Assembly (NCBI GenBank): GCA_903813345.2
Contig: CAIIXF020000001.1
Location: 25,544,001 to 25,608,000, forward strand
Direction: 5' to 3'
DNA from: Owenia fusiformis
Lineage: Eukaryota
Length of the DNA: 64,000 nt
Below the pieces are notes generated by a model, which saw only the letters and a program-made list of their open reading frames with translations, was not told the DNA's origin and made no database searches. This document shows positions 1 to 12,000 of the stretch, piece after piece; within the stretch, counting starts at the first letter, position 1; every line of letters starts with the position of its first letter. The translations under genes were made by a program, and so were the position numbers.

Positions 1-3000
1 CTGCTGTAGTATCTGCCGTAGTTGCGTCAGCCACTGTAGTTGTGTCAGCTACTGTTGTTGTAACATCAGCCGTTGTTGCATCAGCAACTGTTGTTGCAGC
101 ATCAGCTGTAGTTGTGTCAGCCACTGTAGTTGTAGCATCAGCTGCTGTAGTATCTGCCGTAGTTGCGTCAGCCACTGTAGTTGTGTCAGCTACTGTTGTT
201 GTAACATCAGCCGTTGTTGCATCAGCAACTGTTGTTGCAGCATCAGCTGCAGTTGTGTCAGCCATTGTAGTTGTAGCATCAGCTGCTGTAGTATCTGCCG
301 TAGTTGCGTCAGCCACTGTAGTTGTGTCAGCTACTGTTGTTGTAACATCAGCCGTTGTTGCATCAGCAACTGTTGTTGCAGCATCAGCTGTAGTTGTGTC
401 AGCCACTGTAGTTGTAGCATCAGCTGCTGTAGTATCTGCCGTAGTTGCATCAGCCACTGTAGTTGTGTCAGCTACTGTTGTTGTAACATCAGCCGTTGTT
501 GCATCAGCAACTGTTGTTGTAGCATCAGCTGTAGTTGTGTCAGCCACTGTAGTTGTAGCATCAGCTGCTGTAGTATCTGCCGTAGTTGCGTCAGCCACTG
601 TAGTTGTGTCAGCTACTGTTGTTGTAACATCAGCCGTTGTTGCATCAGCAACTGTTGTTGTAGCATCAGCTGTAGTTGTGTCAGCCACTGTAGTTGTAAA
701 ATCAGCTGCTGTAGTATCTGCCGTAGTTGCGTCAGCCACTGTAGTTGTGTCAGCTACTGTTGATGTAACATCAGCCGTTGTTGCATCAGCAACTGTTGTT
801 GCAGCATCAGCTGTAGTTGTGTCAGCCACTGTAGTTGTGTCAGCTACTGTTGTTGTAACATCAGCCGTTGTTGCATCAGCAACTGTTGTTGCAGCATCAG
901 CTGTAGTTGTGTCAGCCACTGTAGTTGTAGCATCAGCTGCTGTAGTATCTGCCGTAGTTGCGTCAGCCACTGTAGTTGTGTCAGCTACTGTTGTTGTAAC
1001 ATCAGCCGTTGTTGCATCAGCAACTGTTGTTGTAGCATCAGCTGTAGTTGTGTCAGCCACTGTAGTTGTAGCATCAGCTGCTGTAGTATCTGCCGTAGTT
1101 GCGTCAGCCACTGTAGTTGTGTCAGCTACTGTTGTTGTAACATCAGCCGCTGTTGCATCAGCAACTGTTGTTGTAGCATCAGCTGTAGTTGTGTCAGCCA
1201 CTGTAGTTGTAACATCAGCTGCTGTAGTATCTGACGTAGTTGCGTCAGAAACTGTAGTTGTGTCAGCTACTGTTGTTGTACCATCAGCCGTTGTTGCATC
1301 AGCAACTGTTGTTGCAGCATCAGCTGTAGTTGTGTCAGCCACTGTAGTTGTAGCATCAGCTGCTGTAGTATCTGCCGTAGTTGCGTCAGCCACTGTAGTT
1401 GTGTCAGCTACTGTTGTTGTAACATCAGCCGTTGTTGCATCAGCAACTGTTGTTGCAGCATCAGCTGTAGTTGTGTCAGCCACTGTAGTTGTAGCATCAG
1501 CTGCTGTAGTATCTGCCGTAGTTGCGTCAGCCACTGTAGTTGTGTCAGCTACTGTTGTTGTAACATCAGCCGTTGTTGCATCAGCAACTGTTGTTGCAGC
1601 ATCAGCTTTAGTTGTGTCAGCCACTGTAGTTGTAGCATCAGCTGCTGTAGTATCTGCCGTAGTTGCGTCAGCCACTGTAGTTGTGTCAGCTACTGTTGTT
1701 GTAACATCAGCCGTTGTTGCATCAGCAACTGTTGTTGCAGCATCAGCTGTAGTTGTGTCAGCCACTGTAGTTGTAGCATCAGCTGCTGTAGTATCTGCCG
1801 TAGTTGCGTCAGCCACTGTAGTTGTGTCAGCTACTGTTGTTGTAACATCAGCCGATGTTGCATCAGCAACTGTTGTTGTAGCATCAGCTGTAGTTGTGTC
1901 AGCCACTGTAGTTGTAGCATCAGCTGCTGTAGTATCTGCCGTAGTTGCGTCAGCCACTGTAGTTGTGTCAGCTACTGTTGTTGTAACATCAGCCCTTGTT
2001 GCATCAGCAACTGTTGTTGTAGCATCAGCTGTAGTTGTGTCAGCCACTGTAGTTGTAACATCAGCTGCTGTAGTATCTGCCGTAGTTGCGTCAGCCACTG
2101 TAGTTGTGTCAGCTACTGTTGTTGTAACATCAGCCGTTGTTGCATCAGCAACTGTTGTTGCAGCATCAGCTGTAGTTGTGTCAGCCACTGTAGTTGTAGC
2201 ATCAGCTGCTGTAGTATCTGCCGTAGTTGCGTCAGCCACTGTAGTTGTGTCAGCTACTGTTGTTGTAACATCAGCCGTTGTTGCATCAGCAACTGTTGTT
2301 GCAGCATCAGCTATAGTTGTGTCAGCCACTGTAGTTGTAGCATCAGCTGCTGTAGTATCTGCAGTAGTTGCGTCAGCCACTGTAGTTGTGTCAGCTACTG
2401 TTGTTGTAACAGCCGTTGTTGCATCAGCAACTGTTGTTGCAGCATCAGCTGTAGTTGTGTCAGCCACTGTAGTTGTAGCATCAGCTGCTGTAGTATCTGC
2501 CGTAGTTGCGTCAGCCACTGTAGTTGTGTCAGCTACTGTTGTTGTAACATCAGCCGTTGTTGCATCAGCAACTGTTGTTGCAGCATCAGCTGTAGTTGTG
2601 TCAGCCACTGTAGTTGTAGCATCAGCTGCTGTAGTATCTGCAGTAGTTGCGTCAGCCACTGTAGTTGTGTCAGCTACTGTTGTTGTAACATCAGCCGTTG
2701 TTGCATCAGCAACTGTTGTTGCAGCATCAGCTGTAGTTGTGTCAGCCACTGTAGTTGTAGCATCAGCTGCTGTAGTATCTGCCGTAGTTGCGTCAGCCAC
2801 TGTAGTTGTGTCAGCTACTGTTGTTGTAACATCAGCCGTTGTTGCATCAGCAACTGTTGTTGTAGCATCAGCTGTAGTTGTGTCAGCCACTGTAGTTGTA
2901 GCATCAGCTGCTGTAGTATCTGCCGTAGTTGCGTCAGCCACTGTAATTGTGTCAGCTTCTGTTGTTGTAACATCAGCCGTTGTTGCATCAGCAACTGTTG

Positions 3001-6000
3001 TTGTAGCATCAGCTGTAGTTGTGTCAGCCACTTTAGTTGTAACATCAGCTGCTGTAGTATCTGCCGTAGTTGCGTCAGCCACTGTAGTTGTTTCAGCTAC
3101 TGTTGTTGTAACATCAGCCGTTGTTGCATCAGCAACTGTTGTTGCAGCATCAGCTGTAGTTGTGTCAGCCACTGTAGTTGTAGCATCAGCTGCTGTAGTA
3201 TCTGCCGTAGTTGCGTCAGCCACTGTAGTTGTGTCAGCTACTGTTGTTGTAACATCAGCCGTTGTTGCATCAGCAACTGTTGTTGTAGCATCAGCTGTAG
3301 TTGTGTCAGCCACTGTAGTTGTAACATCAGCTGCTGTAGTATCTGCCGTAGTTGCGTCAGCCACTGTAGTTGTGTCAGATACTGTTGTTGTAACATCAGC
3401 CGTTGTTGCATCAGCAACTGTTGTTGCAGCATCAGCTGTAGTTGTGTCAGCCACTGTAGTTGTAGCATCAGCTGCTGTAGTATCTGCCGTAGTTGCGTCA
3501 GCCACAGTAGTTGTGTCAGCTACTGTTGTTGTAACATCAGCCGTTGTTGCATCAGCAACTGTTGTTGCAGCATCAGCTGTAGTTGTAGCATCAGCTGCTG
3601 TAGTATCTGCCGTAGTTGCGTCAGCCACTGTAGTTGTGTCAGCTACTGTTGTTGTAACATCAGCCGTTGTTGCATCAGCAACTGTTGTTGCAGCATCAGC
3701 TGTAGTTGTGTCAGCCACTGTAGTTGTAGCATCAGCTGCTGTAGTATCTGCCGTAGTTGCGTCAGCCACTGTAGTTGTGTCAGCTTCTGTTGTTGTAACA
3801 TCAGCCGTTGTTGCATCAGCAACTGTTGTTTTAGCATCAGCTGTAGTTGTGTCAGCCACTGTAGTTGTAACATCAGCTGCTGTAGTATCTGCCGTAGTTG
3901 CGTCAGCCACTGTAGTTATATCAGCTACTGTTGTTGTAACATCAGCCGTTGTTGCATCAGCAACTGTTGTTGCAGCATCAGCTGTAGTTGTGTCAGCCAC
4001 TGTAGTTGTAGCATCAGCTGCTGTAGTATCTGCCGTAGTTGCGTCAGCCACTGTAGTTGTGTCAGCTACTGTTGTTGTAACATCAGCCGTTGTTGCATCA
4101 GCAACTGTTGTTGCAGCATCAGCTGCAGTTGTGTCAGCCACTGTAGTTGTAGCATCAGCTGCTGTAGTATCTGCCGTAGCTGCGTCAGCCACTGTAGTTG
4201 TGTCAGCTACTGTTGTTGTAACATCAGCCGTTGTTGCATCAGCAACTGTTGTTGCAGCATTAGCTGTAGTTGTGTCAGCCACTGTAGTTGTAGCATCAGC
4301 TGCTGTAGTATCTGCCGTAGTTGCATCAGCCACTGTAGTTGTGTCAGCTACTGTTGTTGTAACATCAGCCGTTGTTGCATCAGCAACTGTTGTTGTAGCA
4401 TCAGCTGTAGTTGTGTCAGCCACTGTAGTTGTAGCATCAGCTGCTGTAGTATCTGCCGTAGTTGCGTCAGCCACTGTAGTTGTGTCAGCTACTGTTGTTG
4501 TAACATCAGCCGTTGTTGCATCAGCAACTGTTGTTGTAGCATCAGCTGTAGTTGTGTCAGCCACTGTAGTTGTAACATCAGCTGCTGTAGTATCTGCCGT
4601 AGTTGCATCAGCCACTGTAGTTGTGTCAGCTACTGTTGTTGTAACATCAGCCGTTGTTGCATCAGCAACTGTTGTTGTAGCATCAGCTGTAGTTGTGTCA
4701 GCCACTGTAGTTGTAACATCAGCTGCTGTAGTATCTGCCGTAGTTGCGTCAGCCACTGTAGTTGTGTCAGCTACTGTTGTTGTAACATCAGCCGTTGTTG
4801 CATTAGCAACTGTTGTTGCAGCATCAGCTGTAGTTGTGTCAGCCACTGTAGTTGTAGCATCAGCTGCTGTAGTATCTGCCGTAGTTGTAACATCAGCTGC
4901 TGTAGTATCTGCCGTCGTTGCGTCAGCCACTGTAGTTGTGTCAGCTACTGTTGTTGTAACATCAGCCCTTGTTGCATCAGCAACTGTTGTTGTAGCATCA
5001 GCTGTAGTTGTGTCAGCCACTGTAGTTGTAACATCAGCTGCTGTAGTATCTGCCGTAGTTGCGTCAGCCACTGTAGTTGTGTCAGCTACTGTTGTTGTAA
5101 CATCAGCCGTTGTTGCATTAGCAACTGTTGTTGCAGCATCAGCTGTAGTTGTGTCAGCCACTGTAGTTGTAGCATCAGCTGCTGTAGTATCTGCCGTAGT
5201 TGTGTCAGCCACTGTAGTTGTGTTAGCTACTGTTGTTGTAACATCAGCCGTTGTTGCATCAGCAACTGTTGTTGTAGCATCAGCTGTAGTTGTGTCAGCC
5301 ACTGTAGTTGTAGCATCAGCTGCTGTAGTATCTGCCGTCGTTGCGTCAGCCACTGTAGTTGTGTCAGCTACTGTTGTTGTAACATCAGCCCTTGTTGCAT
5401 CAGCAACTGTTGTTGTAGCATCAGCTGTAGTTGTGTCAGCCACTGTAGTTGTAACATCAGCTGCTGTAGTATCTGCCGTAGTTGCGTCAGCCACTGTAGT
5501 TGTGTCAGCTACTGTTGTTGTAACATCAGCCGTTGTTGCATTAGCAACTGTTGTTGCAGCATCAGCTGTAGTTGTGTCAGCCACTGTAGTCGTAGCATCA
5601 GCTGCTGTAGTATCTGCCGTAGTTGCGTCAGCCACTGTAGTTGTGTCAGCTACTGTTGTTGTAACATCAGCCGTTGTTGCATCAGCAACTGTTGTTGCAG
5701 CATCAGCTGTAGTTGTGTCAGCCACTGTAGTTGTAGCATCAGCTGCTGTAGTATCTGCCTTTGTTGCGTCAGCCACTGTAGTTGTGTCAGCTACTGTTGT
5801 TGTAACATCAGCCGTTGTTGCATCAGCAACTGTTGTTGCAGCATTAGCTGTAGTTGTGTCAGCCACTGTAGTTGTAGCATCAGCTGCTGTAGTATCTGCC
5901 GTAGTTGCGTCAGCCACTGTAGTTGTGTCAGCTACTGTTGTTGTAACATCAGCCGTTGTTGCATCAGCAACTGTTGTTGTAGCATCAGCTGTAGTTGTGT

Positions 6001-9000
6001 CAGCCACTGTAGTTGTAGCATCAGCTGCTGTAGTATCTGCCGTAGTTGCGTCAGCCACTGTAGTTGTGTCAGCTACTGTTGTTGTAACATCAGCCGTTGT
6101 TGCATCAGCAACTGTTGTTGCAGCATCAGCTGTAGTTGTGTCAGCCACTGTAGTTGTAACATCAGCTGCTGTAGTATCTGCCGTAGTTGCGTCAGCCACT
6201 GTAGTTGTGTCAGCTACTGTTGTTGTAACATCAGCCGTTGTTGCATCAGCAACTGTTGTTGCAGCATCAGCTGTAGTTGTGTCAGCCACTGTAGTTGTAG
6301 CATCAGCTGCTGTAGTATCTGCCGTAGTTGCGTCAGCCACTGTAGTTGTGTCAGCTACTGTTGTTGTAACATCAGCCGTTGTTGCATCAGCAACTGTTGT
6401 TGTAGCATCAGCTGTAGTTGTGTCAGCCACTGTAGTTGTAGCATCAGCTGCTGTAGTATCTGCCGTAGTTGCGTCAGCCACTGTAGTTGTGTCAGCTACT
6501 GTTGTTGTAACATCAGCCGTTGTTGCATTAGCAACTGTTGTTGTAGCATCAGCTGTAGTTGTGTCAGCCACTGTAGTTGTAGCATCAGCTGCTGTAGTAT
6601 CTGCCGTAGTTGCGTCAGCCACTGTAGTTGTGTCAGCTACTGTTGTTGTAACATTAGCCGTTGTTGCATCAGCAACTGTTGTTGTAGCATCAGCTGTAGT
6701 TGTGTCAGCCACTGTAGTTGTAACATCAGCTGCTGTAGTATCTGCCGTAGTTGCGTCAGCCACTGTAGTTGTATCAGCTACTGTTGTTGTAACATCAGCC
6801 GTTGTTGCATCAGCAACTGTTGTTGCAGCATCAGCTGTAGTTGTGTCAGCCACTGTAGTTGTAGCATCAGCTGCTGTAGTATCTGCCGTAGTTGCGTCAG
6901 CCACTGTAGTTGTGTCAGCTACTGTTGTTGTAACATCAGCCGTTGTTGCATCAGCAACTGTTGTTGCAGCATCAGCTGCAGTTGTGTCAGCCACTGTAGT
7001 TGTAGCATCAGCTGCTGTAGTATCTGCCGTAGCTGCGTCAGCCACTGTAGTTGTGTCAGCTACTGTTGTTGTAACATCAGCCGTTGTTGCATCAGCAACT
7101 GTTGTTGCAGCATCAGCTGTAGTTGTGTCAGCCACTGTAGTTGTAGCATCAGCTGCTGTAGTATCTGCCGTAGTTGCATCAGCCACTGTAGTTGTGTCAG
7201 CTACTGTTGTTGTAACATCACCCGTTGTTGCATCAGCAACTGTTGTTGTAGCATCAGCTGTAGTTGTGTCAGCCACTGTAGTTGTAGCATCAGCTGCTGT
7301 AGTATCTGCCGTAGTTGCGTCAGCCACTGTAGTTGTGTCAGCTACTGTTGTTGTAACATCAGCCGTTGTTGCATCAGCAACTGTTGTTGTAGCATCAGCT
7401 GTAGTTGTGTCAGCCACTGTAGTTGTAACATCAGCTGCTTTAGTATCTGCCGTAGTTGCATCAGCCACTGTAGTTGTGTCAGCTACTGTTGTTGTAACAT
7501 CAGCCGTTGTTGCATCAGCAACTGTTGTCGCAGCATCAGCTGTAGTTGTGTCAGCCACTGTAGTTGTGTCAGCTACTGTTGTTGTAACATCAACCGTTGT
7601 TGCATCAGCAACTGTTGTTGCAGCATCAGCTGTAGTTGTGTCAGCCACTGTTGTTGTAGCATCAGCTGCTGTAGTATCTGCCGTAGTTGCGTCAGCCACT
7701 GTAGTTGTGTCAGCTACTGTTGTTGTAACATCAGCCGTTGTTGCATCAGCAACTGTTGTTGTAGCATCAGCTGTAGTTGTGTCAGCCACTGTAGTTGTAG
7801 CATCAGCTGCTGTAGTATCTGCCGTAGTTGCGTCAGCCACTGTAGTTGTGTCAGCTACTGTTGTTGTAACATCAGCCGTTGTTGCATCAGCAACTGTTGT
7901 TGTAGCATCAGCTGTAGTTGTGTCAGCCACTGTAGTTGTAACATCAGCTGCTGTAGTATCTGCCGTAGTTGCGTCAGAAACTGTAGTTGTGTCAGCTACT
8001 GTTGTTGTACCATCAGCCGTTGTTGCATCAGCAACTGTTGTTGCAGCATCAGCTGTAGTTGTGTCAGCCACTGTAGTTGTAGCATCAGCTGCTGTAGTAT
8101 CTGCCGTAGTTGCGTCAGCCACTGTAGTTGTGTCAGCTACTGTTGTTGTAACATCAGCCGTTGTTGCATCAGCAACTGTTGTTGCAGCATCAGCTGTAGT
8201 TGTGTCAGCCACTGTAGTTGTAGCATCAGCTGCTGTAGTATCTGCCGTAGTTGCGTCAGCCACTGTAGTTGTGTCAGCTACTGTTGTTGTAACATCAGCC
8301 GTTGTTGCATCAGCAACTGTTGTTGTAGCATCAGCTGTAGTTGTGTCAGCCACTGTAGTTGTAGCATCAGCTGCTGTAGTATCTGCCGTAGTTGCGTCAG
8401 CCACTGTAGTTGTGTCAGCTACTGTTGTTGTAACATCAGCCGTTGTTGCATCAGCAACTGTTGTTGTAGCATCAGCTGTAGTTGTGTCAGCCACTGTAGT
8501 TGTAACATCAGCTGCTGTAGTATCTGCCGTAGTTGCGTCAGCCACTGTAGTTGTGTCAGCTACTGTTGTTGTAACATCAGCCGTTGTTGCATCAGCAACT
8601 GTTGTTGTAGCATCAGCTGTAGTTGTGTCAGCCACTGTAGTTGTAACATCAGCCGTTGTTGCATCAGCAACTGTTGTTGTAGCATCAGCTGTAGTTGTGT
8701 CAGCCACTGTAGTTGTAACATCAGCTGCTGTAGTATCTGCCGTAGTTGCGTCAGCCACTGTAGTTGTGTCAGCTACTGTTGTTGTAACATCAGCCTTTGT
8801 TGCATCAGCAACTGTTGTTGCAGCATCAGCTGTAGTTGTGTCAGCCACTGTAGTTGTAGCATCAGCTGCTGTAGTATCTGCCGTAGTTGCGTCAGCCACT
8901 GTAGTTGTGTCAGCTACTGTTGTTGTAACATCAGCCGTTGTTGCATCAGCAACTGTTGTTGCAGCATCAGCTGTAGTTGTGTCAGCCACTGTAGTTGTAG

Positions 9001-12000
9001 CATCAGCTGCTGTAGTATCTGCCGTAGTTGCGTCAGCCACTGTAGTTGTGTCAGCTACTGTTGTTGTAACATCAGCCGTTGTTGCATCAGCAACTGTTGT
9101 TGCAGCATCAGCTGTAGTTGTGTCAGCCACTGTAGTTGTAGCATCAGCTGCTGTAGTATCTGCCGTAGTTGCGTCAGCCACTGTAGTTGTGTCAGCTACT
9201 GTTGTTGTAACATCAGCCGTTGTTGCATCAGCAACTGTTGTTGCAGCATCAGCTGTAGTTGAGTCAGCCACTGTAGTTGTAGCATCAGCTGCTGTAGTAT
9301 CTGCCGTAGTTGCGTCAGCCACTGTAGTTGTGTCAGCTACTGTTGTTGTAACATCAGCCGTTGTTGCATCAGCAACTGTTGTTGCAGCATCGGCTGTAGT
9401 TGTGTCAGCCACTGTAGTTGTAGCATCAGCTGCTGTAGTATCTGCCGTAGTTGCGTCAGCCACTGTAGTTGTGTCAGCTACTGTTGTTGTAACATCAGCC
9501 GTTGTTGCATCAGCAACTGTTGTTGCAGCATCGGCTGTAGTTGTGTCAGCCACTGTAGTTGTAGCATCAGCTGCTGTAGTATCTGCCGTAGTTGCGTCAG
9601 CCACTGTAGTTGTGTCAGCTACTGTTGTTGTAACATCAGCCGTTGTTGCATCAGCAACTGTTGTTGCAGCATCAGCTGTAGTTGTGTCAGCCACTGTAGT
9701 TGTAGCATCAGCTGCTGTAGTATCTGCCGTAGTTGCGTCAGCCACTGTAGTTGTGTCAGCTACTGTTGTTGTAACATCAGCCGTTGTTGCATCAGCAACT
9801 GTTGTTGCAGCATCAGCTGTAGTTGTGTCAGCCACTGTAGTTGTAGCATCAGCTGCTGTAGTATCTGCCGTAGTTGCGTCAGCCACTGTAGTTGTGTCAG
9901 CTACTGTTGTTGTAACATCAGCCGTTGTTGCATCAGCAACTGTTGTTGCAGCATCAGCTGTAGTTGTGTCAGCCACTGTAGTTGTAGCATCAGCTGCTGT
10001 AGTATCTGCCGTAGTTGCGTCAGCCACTGTAGTTGTGTCAGCTACTGTTGTTGTAACATCAGCCGTTGTTGCATCAGCAACTGTTGTTGCAGCATCAGCT
10101 GTAGTTGTGTCAGCCACTGTAGTTGTAGCATCAGCTGCTGTAGTATCTGCCGTAGTTGCGTCAGCCACTGTAGTTGTGTCAGCTACTGTTGTTGTAACAT
10201 CAGCCGTTGTTGCATCAGCAACTGTTGTTGCAGCATCAGCTGTAGGTTGTGTCAGCCACTGTAGTTGTAGCATCAGCTGCTGTAGTATCTGCCGTAGTTG
10301 CGTCAGCCACTGTAGTTGTGTCAGCTACTGTTGTTGTAACATCAGCCGTTGTTGCATCAGCAACTGTTGTTGCAGCATCAGCTGTAGTTGTGTCAGCCAC
10401 TGTAGTTGTAGCATCAGCTGCTGTAGTATCTGCCGTAGTTGCGTCAGCCACTGTAGTTGTGTCAGCTACTGTTGTTGTAACATCAGCCGTTGTTGCATCA
10501 GCAACTGTTGTTGCAGCATCGGCTGTAGTTGTGTCAGCCACTGTAGTTGTAGCATCAGCTGCTGTAGTATCTGCCGTAGTTGCGTCAGCCACTGTAGTTG
10601 TGTCAGCTACTGTTGTTGTAACATCAGCCGTTGTTGCATCAGCAACTGTTGTTGCAGCATCAGCTGTAGTTGTGTCAGCCACTGTAGTTGTAGCATCAGC
10701 TGCTGTAGTATCTGCCGTAGTTGCGTCAGCCACTGTAGTTGTGTCAGCTACTGTTGTTGTAACATCAGCCGTTGTTGCATCAGCAACTGTTGTTGCAGCA
10801 TCAGCTGTAGTTGTGTCAGCCACTGTAGTTGTAGCATCAGCTGCTGTAGTGTCTGCCGTAGTTGCGTCAGCCACTGTAGTTGTGTCAGCTACTGTTGTTG
10901 TAACATCAGCCGTTGTTGCATCAGCAACTGTTGTTGCAGCATCAGCTGTAGTTGTGTCAGCCACTGTAGTTGTAGCATCAGCTGCTGTAGTATCTGCCGT
11001 AGTTGCGTCAGCCACTGTAGTTGTGTCAGCTACTGTTGTTGTAACATCAGCCGTTGTTGCATCAGCAACTGTTGTTGTAGCATCAGCTGTAGTTGTGTCA
11101 GCCACTGTAGTTGTAAGCATCAGCTGCTGTAGTATCTGCCGTAGTTGCGTCAGCCACTGTAGTTGTGTCAGCTACTGTTGTTGTAACATCAGCCGTTGTT
11201 GCATCAGCAACTGTTGTTGCAGCATCAGCTGTAGTTGTGTCAGCCACTGTAGTTGTAGCATCAGCTGCTGTAGTATCTGCCGTAGTTGCGTCAGCCACTG
11301 TAGTTGTGTCAGCTACTGTTGTTGTAACATCAGCCGTTGTTGCATCAGCAACTGTTGTTGCAGCATCAGCTGTAGTTGTGTCAGCCACTGTAGTTGTAGC
11401 ATCAGCTGCTGTAGTATCTGCCGTAGTTGCGTCAGCCACTGTAGTTGTGTCAGCTACTGTTGTTGTAACATCAGCCGTTGTTGCATCAGCAACTGTTGTT
11501 GCAGCATCAGCTGTAGTTGTGTCAGCCACTGTAGTTGTAGCATCAGCTGCTGTAGTATCTGCCGTAGTTGCGTCAGCCACTGTAGTTGTGTCAGCTACTG
11601 TTGTTGTAACATCAGCCGTTGTTGCATCAGCAACTGTTGTTGCAGCATCAGCTGTAGTTGTGTCAGCCACTGTAGTTGTAGCATCAGCTGCTGTAGTATC
11701 TGCCGTAGTTGCGTCAGCCACTGTAGTTGTGTCAGCTACTGTTGTTGTAACATCAGCCGTTGTTGCATCAGCAACTGTTGTTGCAGCATCGGCTGTAGTT
11801 GTGTCAGCCACTGTAGTTGTAGCATCAGCTGCTGTAGTATCTGCCGTAGTTGCGTCAGCCACTGTAGTTGTGTCAGCTACTGTTGTTGTAACATCAGCCG
11901 TTGTTGCATCAGCAACTGTTGTTGCAGCATCAGCTGTAGTTGTGTCAGCCACTGTAGTTGTAGCATCAGCTGCTGTAGTATCTGCCGTAGTTGCGTCAGC

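Noticed and set aside
2815-3873. Three 76-aa Gln/Leu-rich minus-strand ORFs
   Set aside because: Alternative frame of the repeat, opened only where a point variant removes the once-per-unit TAG.
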